From Alphaproteobacteria bacterium (GTDB lineage: Bacteria > Pseudomonadota > Alphaproteobacteria > MPNO01 > UBA830): 64,000 bases of DNA. Under the pieces are notes generated by a model. That model searched no databases. It saw only the letters and a program-made list of their open reading frames with translations, and was not told the DNA's origin. Below, piece after piece: positions 55,256-64,000 of the stretch (the first letter of the stretch is position 1; each line of letters starts with the position of its first letter). Location: contig OZ219791.1 of assembly GCA_964291215.2 (NCBI GenBank), positions 288,001 through 352,000 of the forward strand, in the 5' to 3' direction. Position numbers and translations under genes: made by a program.

Positions 55256-56535
55256 GTATCTCCTCACCCCTCCGCAGAGGCGGGTTTGGCGTTGTGCATC
55301 TTGATCATGTCGGCGGCGAGTGCGATCCGGATGGCGACGAGCGGGCTGTAGCCGAGTGCGGCCATGGAGGTGAGATAGCTTGAGCTTCGGCACCAGGCCT
55401 CGGCGTGGAGCCGGGTTCGGAAGCAACCGGAGACCTTGACCTTTGCCATCCAGATTTTCTGCTCGCCGGGATTGTTGGTGAAGCTGACGTCCGGGTCGCT
55501 CATGAAGCGCAGGACGGACTCTTCATGTCTTGCGAGACGCTCCCGGAGGTTGTGCGCGTTCGCAATCCGTCCGCGTTTTCCTTTCTGTCGGGGCGGGATT
55601 TCAGGCAGTTCCTTCGCCCCCGGGTCAGGATGGTCCGGTAGCGCTTGATGACGCTGTGGCGGTCGGCCTCGTTCAGGGTTTTGGATGTGCTCTTGTTAAC
55701 CCTGTGGCAGGCAGCAGTTTCTTCATCACGCGTGCCCGGCGGTAGCCACTGGCGCCGACGATGAAGGTCAGTTCCCTGAGCAGGCGGGACCCGCACAGCT
55801 GGTGGGTGCATTGATCGCAGGCCAGCCATGCGGCCCAGCAGTCGTGGACCAGCGTGCCGATGTAGCTGATGCCGATCTCCTCGATCGCCTGCCTGCCGCG
55901 CCTGCGATGCAGGAACTTGCACGTCCCGTCGGTGACGACATGGAGCGATCGGGTCCTGCCGTCGACCCGGAAGCCGGTTTCGTCGACATGCAGCGCCGGG
56001 CGTTCCAGCAGTTCGGCGATGCGGCCGCCAGTCCCGCAGCAGGTCGTCGTACAACGCCGAGGGGCGGCCCGAGACCATTACCTGACACGGCAGACCCAGT
56101 TCAAGGAGTTCGACATGGTCGGCTTCGGTGTAGTCGGGGCGGTACCGGCGGGTCGCCTGCAGGGGTTGCTGCAGACCAGTTCCGTGCCCCGGAACGCAAA
56201 GCGCGTGGGCGCAGCCGTGGATCAGTTTCACCGGATAGTCGCACCCGAACCCGTCCGGTGCTCCCGGTCGATCCCGATAGAGCGCCGGCGCCTTGCGCTT
56301 CATCAGCGCGCCGCCTCCCGGATGCGTTTCCACATACAGATCATGCGGGGGCTGGAGCCCCGGAAACAGCTGGCACAGCCCGCTCGTCGCCTTCGATCCA
56401 AAGTAGCCCACTGGCGGTCCCCGTCGTTCTCGATGACCACCACTGAACGAATCGGCCTGCAATGTCAAATCTCCACGAAAACCCGTTCATTACTCTACCC
56501 CGACATCAAGCCGGAACCAGGGGGTAAGCAGTTAC
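55256..56535 (-). mobile_element. IS66-MTase element copy I, internally deleted
   Basis: Left end at 56535, right IR GTATCTCCTCACCCC at 55256; MTase 5' two-thirds joined to the tnpC DETG region. Confidence 0.85.
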
Positions 56536-56863
56536 AAAAAATCTCCTCGCACCAACCCGCGTCCCCGCAATACCCAGATTCTGCCCTGAAAAATCAAACA
56601 GAATTTAGCGTGAAAATTTCCTGCCGCAGGCCTCTCGCCGCACGCCTCGATGCACCGGTCCGTCAACAACCCCGCTGTTCCGGCAGCCAGCCGCGCAAGA
56701 AGCGCAGCTGCGCCCCCGGGCCGGAAACCCGCGGGCGATTCGCCAAAACGGTTCGAATTGCCCCATTATCCCGTCCATCAATCACGTGATCCGACCGTCG
56801 CGTCCGACAGTTTCGGGGCGGATTGGTGCGCATCGTTTTCCAACACCGCTGGCGTCCCGCAAC

Positions 56864-58864
56864 ATGGCAGATCTTTTCGCAACCGCCGCACCGAAGAGAC
56901 GGAATTATTCCGCCAAGGACATTGAGGTCCTCGAGGGGCTCGAGCCGGTCCGCAAGCGGCCCGGCATGTATGTCGGCGGCACCGACAGCCACGCCTTGCA
57001 CCATCTCGCCGCCGAGATCCTCGACAACGCGATGGACGAGGCGGTTTCGGGACACGCCAGCTGGATCGAGTTCGAACTCGAGGCGGACGGACATATCAGG
57101 ATCCGAGACAACGGACGCGGCATTCCGGTCGAACCGCACCCAAAATACAAGAACAAGTCAGCGCTCGAAGTGGTCCTGACGACCCTGCACTCTGGCGGCA
57201 AGTTCGGCAACGACGCCTACGGCATTGCCGGGGGACTGCACGGGGTCGGCCTTTCGGTCGTCAACGCGCTCTCGGCAGAACTCGTAGCCGAAGTCGCCTA
57301 TGACCGGACGCTCTGGAGCCAGCGCTATGTGAGGGGCAAGGCCAGCGGCCCGTTGCGGCCGGCCGGCAAAGCGACCAATCGCCGCGGCACGCAGATCCGG
57401 TTCCGACCCGACCCCCAGATCTTCGGCGAGAAGGCCGCTTTCCGGCCCGCGGCCCTGTTCGCGATGGCGAAGGCCAAGGCATATCTGTTCAAGGGCGTGG
57501 AAATCCGCTGGTCGTGCGCGCCCGGGCTGATCGCAGCTGGCGACGAGATTCCGGAGCGGCTGACGCTTCATTTTCCCGGCGGCCTCTCCGACTATCTTGC
57601 CGCGATGCTCGGTGACCGCGGAACCGTCGCGGGGACTCGTTTCGTCGGCGAAAGCAAGCTGTCCGGCGACGGCCGGGCCGAATGGGCGCTTGCCTGGCCC
57701 GAGGATCGTGATGCCGCGCTCTCCTCCTACTGCAACACGATACCGACGCCGGAAGGCGGAACCCATGAGGCGGGCCTTCGCGCCGCTCTTGCGCGCGGCC
57801 TCAGAACCTACGGAGAGATGGCCGGGAACAAGCGAGCATCGATCATCACCGGAGACGATGCCGCGGCGTCATCGACGGGCGTGCTCTCGATCTTCATCCG
57901 CGACCCCGAGTTCCAGGGCCAGACCAAGGAGAAGCTGTCGTCACCAAGCGTCGCCAAACAGGTGGAGACCGCCATCCGCGACCATTTCGAGCACTTTCTC
58001 GCCGGTAACGCACGGGCCGCGGACCAGATTCTCGAGCATGTCGTCGAAAGGGCCGAGGAAAGGCTGCAGCGGCGCAAGGACCGGGAGCTTGCCCGCAAGA
58101 CCCCGACCCGAAAGGTCCGGCTGCCGGGCAAGCTTGCCGACTGCGCCTCGGGAATCGCCGCGGGAACCGAACTGTTTCTGGTCGAGGGCGATTCCGCGGG
58201 CGGGTCCGCCAAGCAGGCAAGGGACCGCAAGACGCAGGCGGTTCTGCCGCTCAGGGGAAAGATTCTCAACGTCGCCAGCGCCTCTGCCGACAAGATGCGT
58301 GCGAACCAGGAACTCACGGATCTCGTCCAGGCGCTCGGCTGCGGCTACGGCAAGACCCTGGCCATCAAGAATCTGCGCTACGAACGCGTGATCATCATGA
58401 CCGATGCCGATGTCGACGGCGCCCATATCGCCTCCCTCCTGATGACGTTCTTCTTCAGGGAGATGCCGGACCTGGTCCGGGAGGGCTGCCTCTATCTTGC
58501 CATGCCGCCGCTCTATCGCATTTCCCAAGGCGGCCGCACCACCTTTGCGCGGGACGACGCGCACCGTGACGAATTGCTGGCCTCCGCCTTCAGCGGCCGC
58601 GGAAAGGTCGAGATCAGCCGCTTCAAGGGGCTCGGCGAAATGCCGCCAGCGCAACTGAAGGAAACGACCATGAGCCCCGAGACGCGAACGCTCCTCAAGG
58701 TGGTCGTCCCCGACGGATACGCTGCGCCGCAACCGCCGCGCGACGGCAACTGTCCGCCGTCGGCGACCGCGGATCTCGTCGAACGCCTCATGGGCCGCAA
58801 GCCCGAAGCGCGCCTGCAGTTCATCCAGCAGAATGCGGAAACGGTCGACTACGTGGACGTCTGA
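56864..58864 (+). CDS. parE: DNA topoisomerase IV subunit B
   Basis: LEGLEPVRKRPGMY, EILDNAMDEA, LPGKLADC, VEGDSAGG, TDADVDG; lacks the GyrB insertion. Confidence 0.93.
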   Translation: MADLFATAAPKRRNYSAKDIEVLEGLEPVRKRPGMYVGGTDSHALHHLAAEILDNAMDEAVSGHASWIEFELEADGHIRIRDNGRGIPVEPHPKYKNKSALEVVLTTLHSGGKFGNDAYGIAGGLHGVGLSVVNALSAELVAEVAYDRTLWSQRYVRGKASGPLRPAGKATNRRGTQIRFRPDPQIFGEKAAFRPAALFAMAKAKAYLFKGVEIRWSCAPGLIAAGDEIPERLTLHFPGGLSDYLAAMLGDRGTVAGTRFVGESKLSGDGRAEWALAWPEDRDAALSSYCNTIPTPEGGTHEAGLRAALARGLRTYGEMAGNKRASIITGDDAAASSTGVLSIFIRDPEFQGQTKEKLSSPSVAKQVETAIRDHFEHFLAGNARAADQILEHVVERAEERLQRRKDRELARKTPTRKVRLPGKLADCASGIAAGTELFLVEGDSAGGSAKQARDRKTQAVLPLRGKILNVASASADKMRANQELTDLVQALGCGYGKTLAIKNLRYERVIIMTDADVDGAHIASLLMTFFFREMPDLVREGCLYLAMPPLYRISQGGRTTFARDDAHRDELLASAFSGRGKVEISRFKGLGEMPPAQLKETTMSPETRTLLKVVVPDGYAAPQPPRDGNCPPSATADLVERLMGRKPEARLQFIQQNAETVDYVDV

Positions 58865-58943
58865 ACCGCTTGTCGGGAGTTCGCGGCGGCGGGCCGGAAA
58901 GCGCCAAACGCCGGCATCCGGCCCGCCGCCAGTCACGATCGCT

Positions 58944-59670
58944 TCAGTCTCCACTCAGCCACGCCCACATCTCGGCCGTGACTTCGCCGGGCTGCTCCAT
59001 GGTCGAGAGGTGTCCGTACTCCTCGATGACGGACAGCCGTGCGCCGGGGATCCGGGCGGCAATTTCCTCGCTCATGCCGAGAGGCGTGAGCTGGTCCTGG
59101 CGCCCGCAGAGCACCAGGGTGGAGCAGCGGATGAGGGGCAGGACGGGGCGGCTGTCGGGACGGTCGCAAAGCGCCTGCTGCTGGCGCAGGAACACGACCC
59201 CGTCCCGCCTCGTCGGTCATCGCCGTGATCCCGGCGACCACCGCCTCGTCGCCGAAACGGTCTTCGTGAACGAAGGTCCGAAGGAGCCGCTCGCTGACGG
59301 CCGTGAACCTGCCGCGCCGCACAAGATCCATGAGGTCGCGGCGGCGCACCGCCGTTTCGGCCGAATCGGCGCGCGCCGACGTGCCCAGAAGCGCGAGGCG
59401 GGCCACGCGCTCGAGGGCTCGGCGCATGATCTCGAAGGCGACGTGTCCGCCCATGGAAACCATGCCAGCGCAAACCGGCCGGGCGCCGCGGACAGCGCCC
59501 GCACGGCCATGTCCGCCATCGATGTCGCCTGCGACAGATCGGCGGCAACGATCTCGGCGATATCCGACAACCCGCGGATCTGCGGCCGCCACAACCGCTC
59601 ATTGCAGAGCAGGCCCGGGAGCTGCACGAGCGTCGGCCGGCTGCTGCCGCTTCCCGGTATCACGTGATAC
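58944..59670 (-). pseudogene. Alpha/beta hydrolase, frameshifted in at least two places
   Basis: LPGLLCNERLW / SMGGHVA / LCGRQDQLTP..GHLSTMEQP lie in three different frames. Confidence 0.75.
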
Positions 59671-59864
59671 TCGGTTCCGCGGCACGCACCGGGACGATCG
59701 CGGGCAGGCGCGCAGCGGGTGAAGGGGCTGCAGTTCATCTGGCGGTTTCCCGGACGCTATCGAAAAGCCGCGGACCGTGCTACAGTGGCGCCCCGGCAGG
59801 CGGAACACGGCGACATCCGGAAGATTCCAGCTGGCCCGGGTATTTCCACAGCATCAAGGTGATC

Positions 59865-61214
59865 ATGAATTTTTCGAATCTGGGACTTTCCCAGGAAATC
59901 GTTTCCGCAACAAGCGACGCGGGCTACACGGAACCGACACCCATCCAAGCCCAGGCCATCCCGCACATCCTCGGCGGCCGGGACGTGCTCGGCTGCGCCC
60001 AGACCGGAACCGGCAAGACGGCCTCGTTCACGCTCCCCATGATCGACATGCTGTCGAGAGGGCGGGCGCGGGCGCGCATGCCACGGTCCCTGATCCTGAC
60101 GCCGACGCGCGAACTTGCAACCCAAGTTTCGGAAAATTTCGAGACCTACGGAAAGTACCACAAGCTGACCATGGCGCTGTTGATCGGCGGCATCTCGCTC
60201 GACGACCAGACGCGCAAGCTCGACCGGGGAGTCGACGTGCTGATCGCCACGCCGGGCCGGCTTCTCGACCATTTCGGGCGCGGCGGCATCCTCCTCACCG
60301 ACATCAGGATACTGGTTATCGACGAAGCTGACCGGATGCTGGACATGGGGTTCATTCCGGATGTCGAGCGCATCGTCTCGCTTCTTCCGCGCACGCGCCA
60401 GACGCTGTTCTTCTCGGCGACCATCCCCCCGGAAATCCGCCGCCTGTCGGACGCGTTTCTCACCGATCCCGTGGAAATCACCGTCGCCCCGAACACGCAT
60501 TCCGCGGCGGAGACCGTCGTCCAGCATCTCACCATCGTGCCCCGATCGGACAAGCGCGAGGCGCTGCGCCGGATCATCCGGGCCGAGAATGTCAGCACCG
60601 CCCTCATCTTCTGCAACCGCAAGCGCGACGTCGACATCCTGTTCAAGTCGCTCACCAGGCACGGTTTCGGCGCGGCCGCGCTCCATGGCGACATGGACCA
60701 GGCGCGGCGCCAGCAGACCCTCGGCCAGTTCAAGGAGGGTGAAATCGACTTCCTCGTCGCAAGCGATGTCGCCGCCCGCGGCCTCGACATCGACGACCTT
60801 CCGGCGGTGTTCAACTTCGACGTTCCGACCCATTCGGAAGACTACATTCACCGTATCGGGCGAACCGGGCGCGCCGGCCGCGACGGCCGCGCCTACACCC
60901 TCTCCACCCCCGAAGACGGAACCTATGTCGCAGCCATAGAAAAACTCCTCGGAAACCCGATCCGGCGCCTCGACGTCAACGACATCGCCAGCGAGACTCT
61001 CGAGGACGGGCCCCGAGCGCGGCGCAGCGCGCGCAGCCGGCCCGCGCGGGAGCGGGCCCAGGCGCCGCGAGCCTCCGCCAAGACCAAGAACCGGAGTGCG
61101 CGGAACGCCGAACGCCGGAACGAGGGAGGGAAAGTGCCGGCCGCGCCGGTGGTCGGCCTCGGCGATCATGTGCCCGAGTTCCTGCTCAAGCCGGCGCGCA
61201 GACCGTCGCCCTGA
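59865..61214 (+). CDS. DEAD-box RNA helicase, RhlE-like
   Basis: AQTGTGKT, PTRELA, DEAD, SAT, ARGLD, HRIGRTGR. Confidence 0.93.
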   Translation: MNFSNLGLSQEIVSATSDAGYTEPTPIQAQAIPHILGGRDVLGCAQTGTGKTASFTLPMIDMLSRGRARARMPRSLILTPTRELATQVSENFETYGKYHKLTMALLIGGISLDDQTRKLDRGVDVLIATPGRLLDHFGRGGILLTDIRILVIDEADRMLDMGFIPDVERIVSLLPRTRQTLFFSATIPPEIRRLSDAFLTDPVEITVAPNTHSAAETVVQHLTIVPRSDKREALRRIIRAENVSTALIFCNRKRDVDILFKSLTRHGFGAAALHGDMDQARRQQTLGQFKEGEIDFLVASDVAARGLDIDDLPAVFNFDVPTHSEDYIHRIGRTGRAGRDGRAYTLSTPEDGTYVAAIEKLLGNPIRRLDVNDIASETLEDGPRARRSARSRPARERAQAPRASAKTKNRSARNAERRNEGGKVPAAPVVGLGDHVPEFLLKPARRPSP

Positions 61215-61239
61215 AGCGTAGCAGAGGAGCGAAACCCCG

Positions 61240-61482
61240 ATGCAGACAATCTTCGTCATGGTCAAGTGCGAACTCGGCAAGGCCTACGATGTCGCCGCTG
61301 CCGCCGCCGACAACATAGAGAACGTCTCCGAGGTGTATTCGATCTCGGGCCAGTACGATCTGCTGATGAAATGCGCACTCAGTGACGATGCCGACATCGG
61401 GCATTTCGTCACCCAGAGCGTCCAGTTGATCGATGGCGTCAAGGACACCTACACCCACATCACCTTCAACGCCTTCACCTGA
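61240..61482 (+). CDS. Lrp/AsnC ligand-binding domain protein
   Basis: VSEVYSISGQYDLL..GVKDTYT. Confidence 0.85.
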   Translation: MQTIFVMVKCELGKAYDVAAAAADNIENVSEVYSISGQYDLLMKCALSDDADIGHFVTQSVQLIDGVKDTYTHITFNAFT

Positions 61483-61506
61483 GCCGGGCGGGCCCAGCGG
61501 CCGGCC

Positions 61507-62676
61507 CTATTCCGCGCAAGAGTCGTCGGTAATCCTGAACGGCGACAGGTCCGCCAGCTGCTCCATTTCGTGCGCGACGCCCTGGCGCTCGCGTTCCAGA
61601 AAATCGGCGACCGCGTCGCGAAACCCCGAATCGCGGATCCAGTGGGCGCTGTAGGTCGGCGTCGGAAGATACCCCCTGCTGATCTTGTGCGGCCCCTGCG
61701 CTCCGGCCTCGACGGTCTTGAGGCCGTGCTCGATCGCGTATTCGATCGCCCGGTAGAAGCAGCATTCGAAATACAGCATCCTGAACCGCGCCGCACAGCC
61801 CCAGTTGCGCCCGTACAGGGTCCCGGCACCACGCAGATTGAGCGCTCCGGCGACGAAATCGCCGTCATGGCGCGCCAGGAACAGAACCATCCGGTCCGCA
61901 AGCCGCTCCCTCAGGAGATGAAAGAAATCCCGGTTGAGATAGGCGTGCGCCCATTTGCGGTCGACCGTGTTGAGATAGAATTCGTAGAACGAATCCATGT
62001 GATGCGCCTTGAGGTCATCGCCGGCCAGCATCTCGATCCGGACATCCCTGTTCGCGGCCGCCCGTTCCTTGCGGATCATTTTTCGCTTGCGAGAATTCAA
62101 CGAGGCGAGGAAGTCGTCAAAGGTCGAGAAACCCTCGTTCTTCCAGTGAAACTGCTGGCCGATGCGCTGAAGAAGCCCCATGCTGCCGAACAGCTGCCAT
62201 TCCTCTTCTCGGGCGAAGGTAATGTGAAGCGACGACGCCTCGTGCTGCCTAGCCAGCTCGACGAGAGCCGCGGTGAGCAGCGCGCGCAGGCGGCCGACGT
62301 TCCCGCCCGGCCGGACCAAGAGGCGCGGCCCGGTGACCGGAGAGAACGGCACCGCGACCTGGAGCTTCGGATAGTAGCGCCCGCCGGCCCGCTGATAGGC
62401 CTCGGCCCAGCCCCAGTCGAACACGTACTCGCCATAGGAATGGTTCTTCAGGTAGCACGGAGCAACAGCCACGGTCTCGCCCTCGTCATCGATGACGAGA
62501 TGCTGCGGCAGCCAGCCTGACCCGGCCGATGCGGCCTCCGAATCCTCAAGGGTCTTCAGGAATGCATGGGATGTGAACGGGTTTTCCGTCCCGGCGCATG
62601 CGTCCCACTGACCGCACGGGATCTCATCGAGGCCGGAGAGGATCCTGACGGCGACTGCCTGGTCCCCGTCGGGCAT
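61507..62676 (-). CDS. FemAB-like GNAT protein (DUF482)
   Basis: HSYGEYVFDWGWA, YYPKL, LYGRNWG, EAGAQG.HK..RGY. Confidence 0.9.
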   Translation of the reverse strand: MPDGDQAVAVRILSGLDEIPCGQWDACAGTENPFTSHAFLKTLEDSEAASAGSGWLPQHLVIDDEGETVAVAPCYLKNHSYGEYVFDWGWAEAYQRAGGRYYPKLQVAVPFSPVTGPRLLVRPGGNVGRLRALLTAALVELARQHEASSLHITFAREEEWQLFGSMGLLQRIGQQFHWKNEGFSTFDDFLASLNSRKRKMIRKERAAANRDVRIEMLAGDDLKAHHMDSFYEFYLNTVDRKWAHAYLNRDFFHLLRERLADRMVLFLARHDGDFVAGALNLRGAGTLYGRNWGCAARFRMLYFECCFYRAIEYAIEHGLKTVEAGAQGPHKISRGYLPTPTYSAHWIRDSGFRDAVADFLERERQGVAHEMEQLADLSPFRITDDSCAE

Positions 62677-62678
62677 CG

Positions 62679-63140
62679 TCACGCCACCTCGAACACCGCG
62701 TCGACCTCGACCGCCGCCCCGGACGGCAGCGAGGCAACGGCAACCGCGAAGCGTGCGTGAGCGCCATTTTCGGCACCGAGGACCTCGACGATCAGGTCCG
62801 ATGCGCCGTTGACGACCTGCGGCGGCTGCGTGAAGTCGGGGACGGCGTTGACGAACCCGCCGAGCTTGACGGCACACGCACCGTCAATGCCGTCGCCGAC
62901 GGCGGCCCTGAGCTGCGCCAGGATGTTGAGGCCGCACAGCCTGGCGGCCTCGTAGCCGTCCTCGACGGCGAGATCCCCGCCGAGCTTGCCGACGATCGAC
63001 CGTTCAGCGGTGATCGAGACCTGACCGGCGATGAAGACCTGGTTGCAGCTGATGCGGTAGGGCACGTAGTTGGCGGCCGGCTTCGGCGCTTCCGGCAGCG
63101 CGATTCCGAGTTCCTTCAGGCGTTCCTCGATTCGTCCCAT
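62679..63140 (-). CDS. RidA/YjgF-family protein
   Basis: PAANYVP, NGASDL, HARFAV..LP. Confidence 0.88.
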   Translation of the reverse strand: MGRIEERLKELGIALPEAPKPAANYVPYRISCNQVFIAGQVSITAERSIVGKLGGDLAVEDGYEAARLCGLNILAQLRAAVGDGIDGACAVKLGGFVNAVPDFTQPPQVVNGASDLIVEVLGAENGAHARFAVAVASLPSGAAVEVDAVFEVA

Positions 63141-63317
63141 GCCCCCGTATCCTCCCCTGTCCGCTGGTCCGACGATGGCGACGAGCCTATCGGGTTCGCC
63201 CGGGGGGCGCAACAATGACGCGGCGCGCCAGGAGTTGGCCGGAAACACCGGAGTGTGGACGCCGCGCGCCCGCTCTGCGATACTTGCCGCCGGCATGATC
63301 CGGCATCGCGGAGTTGC

Positions 63318-63677
63318 ATGATGACGATAGGTACGCGTCTCTATACCATGCTGTGCGGCGAACAGGCGGGCACCGATGCCCAGGGCAATCGCTACTACCG
63401 TTCGCGGCGTACGCCTGCCAGCAGAAGGGAACGGCGCTGGGTGGTGTATGACGGCGAGACCGAAGCCTCGCGGGTGCCGCCCGCATGGCATTCGTGGCTT
63501 CACCATACGACCGACGAGGTGCCGGAAGACGATGGCGGCCGGCGCTGGGACTGGCAGAAGGACCATGCGCCCAACCCGACGGGCACTGCGGCTGCCTACC
63601 GCCCGCCGGGGCACGTGCTCGAAGGCGGTGTGCGGGCACCGGCGACGAGCGACTACGAGCCTTGGCAGCCCGATTGA
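63318..63677 (+). CDS. NADH:ubiquinone oxidoreductase NDUFA12-like subunit
   Basis: GNRYY, RRWVVY..EASRVPPAWHSWLH, NPTGT, DYEPW. Confidence 0.9.
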   Translation: MMTIGTRLYTMLCGEQAGTDAQGNRYYRSRRTPASRRERRWVVYDGETEASRVPPAWHSWLHHTTDEVPEDDGGRRWDWQKDHAPNPTGTAAAYRPPGHVLEGGVRAPATSDYEPWQPD

Positions 63678-63707
63678 TCCTGCCCCGGAGATCGCGGAGG
63701 CGGAACG

Positions 63708-64000
63708 ATGCGCAGCAATCTGATTGAGGCCATCATGGGCGCGGTCGTGCTTGTCGTGGCCGCGTTCTTCCTTGTCTTCGCATACTCGACGGCCGACATC
63801 GGCGCTGTCGACGGCTACGAGATCACCGCCCGGTTCGACCGCGCCGACGGGGTCGGGCCGGGAACCGAAGTCCGCATGAGCGGCGTCAAGATCGGCACCG
63901 TCACCGCGATGTCGCTCGACCCGAAGGACTACCTGGCGCTCGTGCGCATGACCGTAAGGCCGGATATCAGGATTCCCGACGACACCTCGATTTCCGTTGC
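63708..64000 (+). CDS. mlaD: MlaD (MCE) lipid asymmetry protein, partial
   Basis: MRSNLIEAIMGAVVL..ARFDRADGVGPGTEVRMSGVKIGTV..IPDDT. Confidence 0.85.
   Translation, partial: MRSNLIEAIMGAVVLVVAAFFLVFAYSTADIGAVDGYEITARFDRADGVGPGTEVRMSGVKIGTVTAMSLDPKDYLALVRMTVRPDIRIPDDTSISV

Noticed and set aside
56864-58864. gyrB
   Set aside because: Its length (about 666 aa) and lack of the proteobacterial GyrB insertion fit ParE.
1-64000. CRISPR array or cas genes
   Set aside because: No regularly spaced short repeats with unique spacers were seen; the repeats are dispersed IS ends.

Overview
GC-rich alphaproteobacterial chromosome segment (parE, mnmA, NDUFA12-mlaD, tRNA-Arg). Intact housekeeping and metabolic genes include pip, msrA, a TroABCD-type metal ABC transporter, the lower meta-cleavage pathway, otsB/GH15/glk, two Rieske oxygenases, a UbiD-like protein, a molybdo-hydroxylase large subunit and a DEAD-box helicase. 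These are interspersed with a heavy load of mostly eroded mobile elements: IS66, IS4/Tn5-like, ISAs1, IS1634, IS256, IS630, IS30 and ISKra4 remnants, plus two group II introns. The main observation is a family of TnpC-only IS66 elements carrying a Dam-like (D12/alpha-class) N6-adenine methyltransferase gene inside their terminal inverted repeats. One copy has an intact MTase ORF, IRs and an 8-bp TSD (7617-9973), and about eight eroded copies or ends of a related subfamily are also present. Two larger units bounded by two inward-facing LEFT ends carry their own 8-bp direct repeats and cargo. Both group II introns sit antisense in transposase genes. All calls were made by eye. The dense small deletions confined to multi-copy elements may be partly an assembly or consensus artefact.
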